In this document: piece after piece, positions 23,393 through 35,982 of the stretch
Layout: every line of letters starts with the position of its first letter
Position numbering within the stretch: position 1 is the first letter of the stretch
The notes under the pieces: model-generated
The model's database searches: none
Seen by the model: only the letters and a program-made list of their open reading frames with translations
Told to the model about the DNA's origin: nothing
DNA from: Octopus sinensis
Taxonomy: Eukaryota
Length of the DNA stretch: 64,000 nucleotides
Direction of reading: 5' to 3'
Assembly (NCBI RefSeq): GCF_006345805.1
Contig: NC_042998.1
Location: forward strand, 496,001 to 560,000
Made by a program: the position numbers and the translations under genes

Positions 23393-26300
23393 CATCATCA
23401 TCATCATCATCGTTTAGCGTCCGTTTTCCATGCTAGCATGGGTTGGACGGTTCTACTGGGGTCTGTGAAGCCAGAAGGCTTCATCAGGCCCAGTCAAATC
23501 TGGCAGTGTTTCTACGGCTGGATGCCCTTCCTAACGCCAACCACTCCGTGAGTGTAGTGGGTGCTTTTTACGTGCCACCCGCACTGGTGCCAGACAGAGC
23601 TGGCAAACGGCCATGAACGGATGGTGCTTTTTATGTGCCACCGGCACGAGGGCCAGGCGAGGCTGGCAACGGACACGAAACGGGGCGGTGCTGGCAACGG
23701 TCGCGAAACGGAAAGTTCTCTTACATGCCACCGGCACTGGTAACACATCTGCAATTTCCATTGATCGATTTCCATTGATCGATTTCGATTCTGATCGTCA
23801 CTTGCCTCAACGGGTCTTCACAAGCAGAGTTTTGACATGCCACCGGCACTTGTAGCACATCCGCAATTTCCATTGATCGATTTCGATTCTGATCCTCACT
23901 TGCCTCATCACGTCTTCACAAGTAGAGTTTTGTGTCCCAAGAAGGGAAGGTATGCATACGTAGGCTGGCTCCATCCCATGTAGAAGGCCACGGGTTATGG
24001 ACTCACTTGTCCTGCCGGGTCTTCTCGCGCACAGCACACTTCCAGAGGTCTCGGTCTCTAGTCATTTCCTCAGTGAGACCTAAAGTTCGAAGGTCGTGCT
24101 TCACCACCTCATCCCAGGTTTTCCTGGGTCTGCCTCTTCCACAGGTTCCCTCAACCGCTAGGGTGTGGCACTTTTTCACACAACTATCTTCATCCATTCT
24201 CGCCACATGACCATACCAGCGCAAACGTCTCTCTTGCACACCACAACTGATGCTTCTTAGGTCCAGCTTTTCTCTCAAGGTACTTACACTCTGCCGAGTG
24301 TGAGTACCGGCATTACACATCCATCGAAGCATACTGGCTTCATTTCTAGCGAGCTTACGCATATCCTCAGCAGTCACGGCCCATGTTTCACTGCCATGTA
24401 GCATGGCTGTTCGTACACACGCATCATACAGTCTGCCTTTCACTCTGTGCGAGAGGCCTTTTGTCACCAGCAGAGGTAAGAGCTCTCTGAACTTTGCCCA
24501 AGCTATTCTTACTCTAGCAGTTACACTTTCAGCACACCCGCCCCCGCTGCTGACTTGGTCACCTAGGTAACGGAAACTATCAACTATTTCTAGTTTTTCT
24601 CCCTGGAAAGTGACGGAAGTTGATCTCAGAGCATTTTCAGTGTTTATTGTTCCTGAGCATCTGCCACATACAAAAACCATCTTCCTAGTTAGCCTTCCTT
24701 TGACATTGCTGCATCTCTTATGTGTCCATAGCTTACACTTGGTGCATCTTATAGAGTTTCTACCTACACCTTTTCTACAGATCGAGCAGGGCCATCTACC
24801 TGAAGGTGTTTGTGATTTGTCTACCTTCCTACTGATTACGACTTTGGTTTTAGCTAGATTGACTCTGAGGCCCTTCGATTCTAATCCTTGTTTCCACACC
24901 TGAAACTTCTCCTCCAGTTCTGATAGCGACTCAGCAATTAGAGCAAGGTCATCAGCATAGAGGAGCTCCCAAGGGCATCCTGTCTTGAATTCCTCCGTTA
25001 TTGCCTGGAGGACTATGATAAATAGGAGGGGGCTGAGTACTGAGCCTTGGTGGACTCCTACCTCTACCCGGAATTCTTCACTGTACACATTTCCAACCCT
25101 CACCCTACTAGCGGCGTCCCTGTACATGGCCCGCACAGCTCTCACTAACCATTCATCTATCCCTAGTTTTCTCATTGCCCACCAGATAAGGGATCGGGGG
25201 ACCCTGTCGAAGGCTTTCTCCATGTCAACAAAAGCCAGGTACAGGGGCTTATCTTTGGCTAGGTATTTCTCCTGCAGCTGCCTTACCAGGAATATAGCAT
25301 CAGTAGTACTTTTCCCTGGCACAAACCCAAACTGCATCTCATCTAAACTAACTCTCTCTCTAATTAGTTGGGCTATGACCCTCTCCGTAACCTTCATCAC
25401 CTGGTCCAACAGCTTGATACCTCTGTAGTTATTTGTATCTAGGGCATCACCTTTACCTTTGTAGCAGTTGACTATTATACTGCTACACCAGTCATTGGGT
25501 ATGACCCCTTTGTGTATCACCTGATTAACTATACGGGTGACTAGGCTATAGCCGACACTACCAGACATTTTGAGCATCTCTGCAGTGATTCCTGATGGAC
25601 CTGGGGCTTTCCCTGTCTTCAAGCTTCTAATTGCCTTAGCTACCACGGAACTATCAACTCGGATAGCTGGTCCCTCTGTTGGGTCAACATTCGGCAGACT
25701 CTCTTTATCCCATTCATTTTCTTCATTCAGCAACCTTTCATAGTGGCATCTCCAAACCTCTCTCTTTGCATCCTCATTTAGCGCAAGTGAACCATCTTCC
25801 ATGCGAACACACTTCTCTCCTACCACATCACGATTCTCTCTCACACACTGTCTTGCAACACGAAACACCTCCAGTCTTTGGTCCTCACGGCACAGAACAT
25901 TGGCAAATTTTTTCTTATCTGCTTCCCCTCTGGCTAAATAAACCTGTCTCCTAGCTTCTCTTTTGGCAGTCTGATACAATCCCCTGCTACCCCCATTTTT
26001 CCAGACCTTCCAAGCCTGTCTCTTTTCTCTAATAGCCCTGTCTACAATATTGTTCCACCACCACGTTATTCTAGGTCGAGAGGGGACTTTGCACCAGCCA
26101 CAGATCTGGTCAGTGGCTCTCAGCAGGTTGTCCCTTAGAAACGTCCAGCTGTCTTCTACCCCCTGTGATGCTCTATCCCCTTCTACTTCGTCAGAGACTT
26201 CAAGTAATATGTCCCTAAATCTCTGTCCATTTGCAGGATCTTTAAGCTTCCAGATCCTTCTTCTCCATATTTGTCGTCTTCTGGTTGTCCTCCTAGTCCT

Positions 26301-27037
26301 GATCCTAAAGTCACTAACTACCAGTCTATGTTGTGGGGTACATTCTTCACCTGGGAAGGTTTTGACATTTATAAGCAGCCATCTCTCCCTTTGCCTTGTA
26401 AGGATGTAGTCAATTTGGCTGGTATGTTGGCCCGATTGGTAAGTGACTAGGTGGCTGGTAGGTTTCCTGAAGTTAGTGTTGCAAATCATAAGATTATTTG
26501 CATCGCAGAACTCCAGCAGCCTGGTTCCCTCCTCGTTGCGGGAGCCATAGCCATAGCCTCCATGTACGCCATGGAAGCCCCCAGCATGTCGTCCAACGTG
26601 ACCATTGAAGTCACCAGCCACAAAGATAAGGTCTCTGTCGTTCGTCAACGAGGTAATCTGCAGTAGAGTGTCATAGAATCGGTCTTTCTGTCCATCGGGT
26701 AGCCCCGACTGAGGAGCATAGGCTGATATAATGGTTGCTAAACTATGATGAAGCACTAATCTAATCTTAAGTATTCTGTCACATACTCTGATTACCTCAA
26801 TTACTTTATCTACCCATTTCTCAGCGATAAGTATACCCACGCCACCAACCCCGTCAGTGTTCCCTGCCCAGAAAATCTTGTACCTGCGTTCCTTGCCTGT
26901 GAGGAACCTAGCTGATCCTCCTCTCCACCTTATTTCTTGCATGCAACATATATCCACACATCTCCGTTCAAGCATCTCGACTATCTCACCAGACCTACCT
27001 TTCAGAGTGCCAACGTTGAGGGTGCCAAATAGGGTGC
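23393..27037 (-). mobile_element. Young RTE-clade non-LTR retrotransposon, 5'-truncated at the endonuclease start
   Basis: Single uninterrupted ORF, ~610-bp modular 3'UTR and (GAT)n tail. CAAAT flanks both ends (23388-23392, 27038-27042), with a 12-bp tandem GGGTGCCAAATA at the 5' junction. Confidence 0.95.
24003..27037 (-). CDS. RTE ORF2: APE endonuclease, reverse transcriptase and embedded PHD finger
   Basis: APE motifs LNVGTL, MQE, GDFNGH, QIDYIL; RT motifs QFGF, DMEKAFD, GVHQGSVLSPLLF, YADD, FRYLG; C-terminal LRWYGHVARM and RGRPRKTW. The ORF-track start (GTG at 27071) lies in flanking DNA; the first in-frame ATG is at 26975. Confidence 0.95.
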
Positions 27038-27505
27038 CAAATAATGTAAATAAATAAGTATTGTATTTCACAGAGTGATATGAATGCTAAATGCTTAAGA
27101 TAGTGTTTGGAACATAAATTAACTTGGAAGGGTTTAATTTAGATAACTTAAACCATTTTGGTTACCATATTTCTTTTGGAATACACACTCTCCGTTTCAA
27201 TTACTTTTGAAAATAACAAATACCTATAAGAGAGGGTCTCTCAAGCCTAACAATGCAGCATTCAGTGTTCTAACAAAGTATCCATGTTAAGTTGGATAAA
27301 ACAATTACCTTCTGGTATTAATACAGCTTTTGTTGCTAATAATCAACTTTTAACAAGCCTACTGGCTATTTGTGATAGCAGTGTCTGAAAAGACGTTGAT
27401 ATTCTATAAATCATAGTAGTAAGATTTGACTGACATGTGCCGATTGGTTGGAGAGTGGTTTTTGATGCATAACTGGTGGAACTTTATGTATGTTCTCTGT
27501 CGTAG

Positions 27506-27606
27506 GAATGTATTGTATCTGGTTCTGATGATAATGTGTCCTGGAATGACTTCACTGAAGAGCTAGAGAAGATCATGTTAGTGATCAGTAATAGTGAAAT
27601 CTTAAG
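27506..27606 (+). CDS. Host gene exon B (ECIVSGSDDNVSWNDFTEELEKIMLVISNSEILR)
   Basis: Acceptor TGTTCTCTGTCGTAG, donor AG|GTATGG, open, phase 0->2, compatible with exons A and C. Confidence 0.75.
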
Positions 27607-27989
27607 GTATGGAGTTAATTACTCTATTTTGTCTCTTTTCATTTGTCTTGGTTACATACATTCTGGCATTTGCAAAAATTTTTGAGAACATATTCTTCTT
27701 TATAACTATCAAAAAGCAGCCAGAAGGATAGACATATTGTTGAGAACAAATGATTTCAGTGGAGATGTGTTATCTCCATTCCAGCCCCTGGTGGCCTAGA
27801 AGAGGTTAGAAGGGTCAAGTGGCAAAGTCATTATTCTGCTTAGCGAAGGCATCTGGGAAATGTATAACTGCTGTCATTCAGAGGAAAACTATTGTTTTAC
27901 CATGAGAAAAGCACGGTTGAAGTGTTAAATGAAATTTGGCAATCAAGGATCGAATCCATGCTATGCCTGCATGAAGCCACTACAAATAC

Positions 27990-29300
27990 GTTGTGCGAGA
28001 AAAAAGTTATCTACTGTCATGGAAAAAGTGTAACTGTAAAAATGCAGAATTATCGGAGTAATGTGCATTCAAAAAAATACGTATGCATAAAAATATATGA
28101 ATGAAGTCTTTAAAGTTTACGATTCAAATCAAGGATGTGCAATAATAATGTTTAGCAGTTCAAAACTGAGTAATGAAATGCAGAATTAGGTCAGCTGATT
28201 GTGAGAATCAAATATTGGTCGCTTTGCTAAAAGTTGCAGGTGGTATGAGTTATTTCTCTTGGGTTGTTTAAATAAAATATTAGTAATATGTTGTAGATAG
28301 AAGGATCCATTGGAGGGGCCCTATTATCGATTTTTTCAACAATCTAAGTATGTCACGAAGTTTCCAGACAATCTAAGTATGTCACGAGGTTTCCAGTTCT
28401 ACTCACATGTCAAATAAAGTATAAAAGTGATATTGTCTGCAAAAATTAGAAATTGAACGCTCAAAAAATCAATATTCAAAGTAATCGAACATAAACAATG
28501 AAACCTGTAAAATATTTCCAAATTCGATGGCTCAATTAGTTTCGTGAAAACGTTGTATGAACTGTAAGTAAGTAATAAATATTACGATTTCTAAAGTAAG
28601 TATAAGTGATACAGAGCATCCGAACTGAATGTGGTGTGGAAGTTTAGTTTCATTTTTTAAGAATTTTCAGCATTCAAAGTATGAGTTCATTGTATTGGGA
28701 CACACTTATTAAATAGGTTCTGGAATCAAAACTTTATGTACTGTCATCGAAAAATTTTAACTAGAAAAATGCAGAATTATCGAAGTTATGGGCATTGAAA
28801 GTGTACGTACATCAAGAAAGTGCAATAATAAGGTTTAGTAATTCAAAACTTTGAGTAGTGAAATGCAGAAACAGGTTCGCTGAATCTGGAATCAAAAATT
28901 TATGTTCTGTCATCGGAAAAAGCTTAACTGAAAAATGCAGAATTATTGGGGCTATGGGCATTAAAAATGTACATGCATCAAGTAAGTGTAATAACAGGGT
29001 TTAGCCATTGAAAGCTGTGAGTAGTGAAATGCAGAATTAGGTCTGCTGACCATGAGAATCAAATATTGATCGCTTCAATAAAAACTAACAACTGTAAGTG
29101 CAGGTGCAATGGATTATTTTCTTTGAGTGGTTAAAAAGAATATTGTGCACATGTTGTGGGTTATTTCCCTTGGACGTTTAAAAAAAATAGTTATATGAGG
29201 TAGATATAAATATCCCTTCCAGGGGCCATATTATCAATTTTTTCAACAAAGTATGTCACGAGGTTTCCAGAAATGAGTTATACTCACGTATCACATTTCA
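27990..29300. repeat. Old diverged tandem duplication with ~175-bp subunits
   Basis: AAAAATGCAGAATTAT...GAGTARTGAAATGCAGAA occurs three times (~28000, ~28720, ~28895). 28210-28410 is similar to 29060-29290. Confidence 0.7.
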
Positions 29301-29394
29301 TCAAAATCAATAAAACGATGTAGGAGCAGTTAGCTAACAATGCCACAAATAAACACAGAGACAGAATTTCCACATATATAGTAGATATATACAC

Positions 29395-29620
29395 TCTTTT
29401 ACTTACTTTTTTTAGGTCATTTGAGTGTGGCTATGATGGAGCAACGCCTTTAGTCGAGCAAATTGACACCAGGACTTATTCTTTGTAAGCCTAGTACTTA
29501 TTCTATTAATCTCTTTTGCTGAACCGCTAAGTTACGGGGACGTAAACACACCAGCATCTGTTGTCAAGCAATGTTGGGGGGACACAGGCAAAAAAACATA
29601 TACACACACATACATACATA
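29395..29620 (-). mobile_element. SINE family 2, 3' half
   Basis: Colinear with 2499-2740. Confidence 0.8.
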
Positions 29621-30764
29621 TATAAATATACGTATCTTAGTGTCTGTCTGGGGTTACTATCATCACATCTTTTCATCTCTGCATATTATTCTTTCCTATT
29701 ATAAGCACAAAGACTGAAATGTTGGAAGATGGGGCTAAACAATAACAACGTTCAGTTTGTACATATTCTATTGATCCTGAAAGGGTGAAAGGCAATGCTA
29801 ACCTTAGTAGGATTTGAACTTAGATTGTAAAGCTGGAAGAAGTGCTGCTTAGCATTTTGTCTAACTTGCTAATGATTCTGCCAGCTCAGCCCTTTATAAT
29901 CTCTGTCTTGGTAAAAATTGATGGTGTTAAGTATTTACAAACAATATTTCATGGTTATTTTAGACTCTACACTTCTGTAGATTAACAGTTCAAAGATAGA
30001 CTTTACTTTTATTATTTTGTAATGGTTTTTCATGGTACATAACATTATTAAGATTAGAAAAATATATAAAGAAATAAAGCCGATTTATATAGTAGCCTTT
30101 GATGGGTATATTAGATATTTTCATTAGGATTTAGAACGATAAGCAAATTCTGTAAAGAATGTCAAACATCCAAGAGTTAGAATGGAATGATTGTGGCTGA
30201 AGAGTAAAGCGAATGTGTGCTTGAACAAGTTGCAGGACAGACATGGTTTGTGTCAGTCAGTTTTCTTAATGACACGATAGCAACATGCTATTTTTAAAAG
30301 ATTTCTTTGCCTGATGAGCTGAACTTAAACAAGGGTTAGATGATTGACCTGATAACTAACATTACTATGTATTTTTAACCTTCATTCATTGAGGACAAAA
30401 AAAAAAATAGAAAACAAATCGTCACAAATTCATATCCCAAGTATCTTCATTTTTATTTCTGCCTCTTTGTAACAACCTTTTATTTTTTATCTATTTTGCA
30501 GGGTTGATAAAATAAAAAGTACTTCTCCAGTGAGTTGGAGAGGCAGAATGGTAAGAACCTTGTAGTATTTGCATTCTGAGATCAAATCCTGCTATATCCC
30601 ACCAGGATGGAAGACTGAATCTGGTTTTTAGTTTTAATGTCAGCACCTATCACTCTTGAATGTCTTTCAATAGATGTCCATTTTGATGCAAGCATTCTGG
30701 CCAAATCCTTGGTTTGAAGATTTCTCACTCCCTTCCTCCCACATATTACAGAGACCCTTTAAAA

Positions 30765-31082
30765 CAGGGGTTGGGGAACTTTTAACCAATTACCCCAAAA
30801 TATATATTTTTTTTACTGACATAACGCCCTTGGTTTGGAAGGAAGAAAATCATAGATTCTTTGAATTCAAAAGGTTTATTAAATCTATTTTCCTGAATTG
30901 ATTTATACGAATCTATTTCCACATCCATTGGACAGATGCAGAATTGTCAGAAAAAAATTTCTGTCATAAGAAGGAACACGTTTTTTTATATAATTTTACT
31001 TATGTCTAATGAGTCCTCATTACCCACAAAAATTTCATTTTTACCCTACTTGGGGTAATTTATCCCAGTTCACAGATCCCTG
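30765..31082. mobile_element. hAT-type MITE
   Basis: Termini CAGGGGTTGGGGAACT / AGTTCACAGATCCCTG; 8-bp TSD CTTTAAAA / CTTTAAAG. Confidence 0.8.
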
Positions 31083-31417
31083 CTTTAAAGGCTCATGGGC
31101 TCTACCTTCTTCCCTGATGAAAATATATAAAAAATAAAAATTAAAAAAAAACGAAAAAATTTTAACAATTTTACACAAACAATAATCATCCGCATGTTAT
31201 TTCCCTGGCTCCATAATTCTTCCTAATATTTCCTCTGCATGTGAGAATTTAACTTTATACTTTGAGAGGTGAAATTACTTGCAGAATGGCTTTATATGGA
31301 GATTGAAACAAAGAAACTATTATCACACACACACACACGAAAAAAAAAAGAGCAGAACAAGAAAGGGATGGGTAGAAGAATATTTATTAGTGACAAGGGC
31401 AGTTTTAATACCAAGAG

Positions 31418-32013
31418 GTAATATTTATCCCCACTTAAACGTTAATGTTCTTTTAGAACAATCTATACTGTGGTAGATACTACGAGAGACACTTTCATAC
31501 TGGATTTTAGTGCAAAATTCACACTTGTTTATATTGTTAGCAGGGAGATAAATCCCCACTACCACCAGCACCAAGATCCCCAGATCATGTGATTGGGGAT
31601 GGGGGTATTTATCTCCTCATTAATAATATAAACAAGAGTGCATTTTGCACCAAAAGCCAATATGAGGGTTTCTCTCAGGGTAACTACTGCAGTATAATGA
31701 AATGCGCCTTTTTTAAAGCCTAGCCATGCTCATGGGCCCGGTTTCCCGGTTTCTATGGCGTATGTGTTCCCCAGCTGGACGGGATGCCAGTCCATCGCAG
31801 CGTTACTCATTTTTGCCAGCTGAGTGGACTGGAGCAATGTGAAATGAAGTGTTTTGCTCAAGAACACACTGCGTCACCCGGTCCAGGAATTGAAACCACA
31901 ATCTTACGATCATGATGCTGACACCCTAACCACTAAGCCATGTGCCTCCACACACTACTGCAGTATAGTCTGCACTAAAAGAACATCCACATTTAAGTGG
32001 GGATAAATTATAC
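31418..32013. repeat. Long palindromic (fold-back) element interrupted by a SINE
   Basis: The left arm 31418-31560 is the reverse complement of 31600-31696 plus 31968-32013; central hairpin ATCCCC...GGGGAT. Confidence 0.8.
31697..31953 (-). mobile_element. SINE family 5 with 14-bp TSD
   Basis: TSD ACTACTGCAGTATA at 31683-31696 and 31954-31967. Confidence 0.92.
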
Positions 32014-32319
32014 ATAATACTCAGGAATGGGATATATAAAATATATAACACAAGAATGAAATAATATAATATTCAAAATAATTAATAATTTCCTTGAACT
32101 TTCACAGGTGTTACTCACCAAACAGCCAAAATAGTTAACTTTTCTTTTAGAAAAGGATTAAATTGCTGCCATACTAAAATATAATGGTAATCCTTATAAA
32201 CAAGGAAATCTCTTTTGGTTGGAGTTATATGTTGGAGTCAAATTGTTATTGAACCATCATCATTATCATCATCATCATTTAATGATCATTTTCCATGCTA
32301 GCAAGAGTTGGATATAAAA

Positions 32320-33685
<1,366 letters not shown>

Positions 33686-33959
33686 ATAGGCTCCTTTCAG
33701 TTTCCATCTACCAAATCTACTCACAAAGCTTTGTTCAACCTGTACCTATAGATTGCAGAAGATACATGTCCAATGTGATACATACAGTGGGACTGAACCC
33801 AAAACCACATGGATCGAAAGTAAAATTCTTTACCACACAACCATGCCAGCACCTATAAAATGGAAAAAATTCCACTTGCTTTTAACTGAACTTTTATATC
33901 ATCTGACAGAATGCTAGATTTTATTTATTTTTCTTTACCCTATTTTACAACATGTTACA

Positions 33960-34260
33960 TAAGATTAGTGTGGAAAGCCCTTAATGGAAGAGTGAGCTGT
34001 GAGTGGATTCCACAGCTTAAACAAGTTGTTTTCAAGAAGCTGAAGTTGTTTTAAGAAGTTATATGGAAAAAGAGAAAGACAGACAAAATATTGACATGTG
34101 ATAGTTTGGAGAGATTTTATATGATAAAGGCAAGTGGAGTTATGAGGTAGTGAGAGGGAAGCAGTGTAGTACAGCTGTTTTGGAGTGGTACCAATATTTT
34201 CAGGTTTCAAGTAGATCGTGGGTTATCTTTTGCAATTTCTTCTGATGTTCTTCTTTTAAC
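33960..34260 (-). pseudogene. Possible decayed CR1/L2-type LINE 3' remnant
   Basis: The - strand fragments TASLSL and FKLWNPL resemble L2/CR1 C-terminal motifs (VASLSLFY, KLWNSLP); heavily degenerate. Confidence 0.3.
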
Positions 34261-34436
34261 TGTCAGCTTTGTTTGTTTAGTAAGAGTTGAAGCTTCTTCC
34301 ATCTTGAATTTTAAGAAAATTATCAAACAGAGGTTAATGTTCCCACATTCCTAGGTGTTTATTCCTAGGTCAGCCTCAAAAGAGCTGACACAAAACCATT
34401 CCAAACATGACGATCACATCTTTTATTCATACACAC

Positions 34437-34489
<53 letters not shown>

Positions 34490-34492
<3 letters not shown>

Positions 34493-34701
34493 TTCTTTTA
34501 CTCTCTTTTACTTGTTTCAGTCATTAGACTGCGGCCATACTGGAGCACCGCCTTTAGTCGAGCAAATCGACCCCAGAGCTTATTCTGTGTAAGCCTAGTA
34601 CTTATTCTATTGGTCTCTTTTGCTAAGTTACGGGGACATAAACACACCAGCATTGGTTGTCAAGCAATATTGGGAAGACAAACACAGACACACAAACATA
34701 T

Positions 34702-34733
<32 letters not shown>

Positions 34734-34735
34734 GC

Positions 34736-34745
<10 letters not shown>
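34490..34745 (-). mobile_element. SINE family 2, 3' half
   Basis: Colinear with 2499-2745. Confidence 0.8.
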
Positions 34746-34777
<32 letters not shown>

Positions 34778-34950
34778 ATATATATATAAAGCTGGCCTCC
34801 ATGCTGATGGTACGTAAAAACACCATTTGAGCGTGATCATTACCTGGTTCGCCATACCTCAGTCAAATCATCCAACCCATGCTAGCATGGAAAACGGACG
34901 TTAAACAATGAAGATGATGATGATGACATATATATATATATACATATATA

Positions 34951-35800
34951 CATCACAGCTGATGCTTCTTAGGTCCAACTGATGCTTCTTTGAGAGAAAA
35001 GCTGGACCTAAGAAGCATCAGTTGTGGTGTGTAAGAGAGACGTTTGCGCTGGTATGGTCATGTGGCGAGAATGGATGAAGATAGTTGTGTGAAAAAGTGC
35101 CACACCCTAGCGGTTGAGGGAACCTGTGGAAGAGGCAGACCCAGGAAAACCTGGGACGAGGTGGTGAAGCACGACCTTCGAAGTTTAGGTCTCACCGAGG
35201 AAATGACTAGAGACCGAGACCTTTGGAAGTATGCTGTGCGTGAGAAGACCCGGCAAGACTAGTGAGACCATAACCCGTGGCCTCTACCTGGGATGTAGCC
35301 AGTCGACTTATGCATTCCTTCCTTCTTGGGACACAAAACTCCACTTGTGAAGACCTGTTGAGGCAAGTGAAAATCAAAATCAAAATCAAAATCGTAATCT
35401 ATCAACATCAATGGAATCCGTAGCTGTGATACCAGTGCCGGTGGCACGTAAGAGAACCATCCAAACGTGGCCGTTGCCAGCGCTGCCCGACTGGCCTCCG
35501 TGCTGGTGGCACGTAAAAAGCATCATCCGACCGTGGCCATTGCCAGCTTCGTCTGGTCCCCATGCCGGTGGCACGTAGAATGCACCATCTGATCGTGGCC
35601 ATCTGCCAGCCTCTTCTGGCACCTGCGCCAGTGGCACGTAAAAAGCACCCACTACACTCTCGGAGTGGTTGGCGTTAGGAAGGGCATTCAGCTGTAGAAA
35701 CACTGGCAGACCAGACTGGGCCTGGTGCAGCCAGACCCCAGTTGAACCGTCCAACCCATGCTAGCATGGAAAACGGACGTTAAATGATGATGATGATGAT
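34951..35800 (+). mobile_element. 5'-truncated young RTE copy with a short 5' inversion
   Basis: 34990-35800 matches the ORF end (RWYGHVARMDEDSCVKKCHTL...KTRQD) and 3'UTR of the 23393 element. 34951-34989 is inverted element sequence. Confidence 0.92.
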
Positions 35801-35817
35801 ATAGATATAGATATAGA

Positions 35818-35982
35818 CGACGGGCTTCTTTCAGTTTCCGTCTACCAAATCCACTCACAAGGCTTTGGTCGACCCGAGGCTATAGTAGAAGACAGTTGCC
35901 CAAGGTGCCATGCAATGGGAATTAACCTGGAACCATGTGGTTGGTAAGAAAGCTACTTACCACACAGCCACTCCTGCGCCTA
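35818..35982 (-). mobile_element. SINE family 2, 5' half
   Basis: Ends CAGCCACTCCTGCGCC as at 2905. Confidence 0.85.

Larger units (their letters stand above)
22851..27147. mobile_element. Nested TTAA-specific (piggyBac-like) MITEs enclosing the RTE
   Basis: The outer MITE starts TTAA|CCCTTTTGTTACC (22851), is interrupted at TTAA 22945 by MITE-B (22949-27094) and resumes at 27099. MITE-B contains a complete MITE (23146-23364) and the RTE. Confidence 0.65.

Noticed and set aside
23462-23490. CTGATGA followed by a hairpin in the RTE 3'UTR (- strand)
   Set aside because: No GAAA after the stem, and sibling copies read CTGGTGC, so it is a chance mutation.
24610-27057. Plus-strand ORFs overlapping the RTE (e.g. 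24985-25428, 26050-26409)
   Set aside because: Antisense shadows of a GC-richer coding sequence; no motifs.
27038-27071. N-terminus MKYNTYLFTLF of the 1022-aa ORF
   Set aside because: It starts at a GTG in flanking MITE DNA and is not part of the retrotransposon protein.
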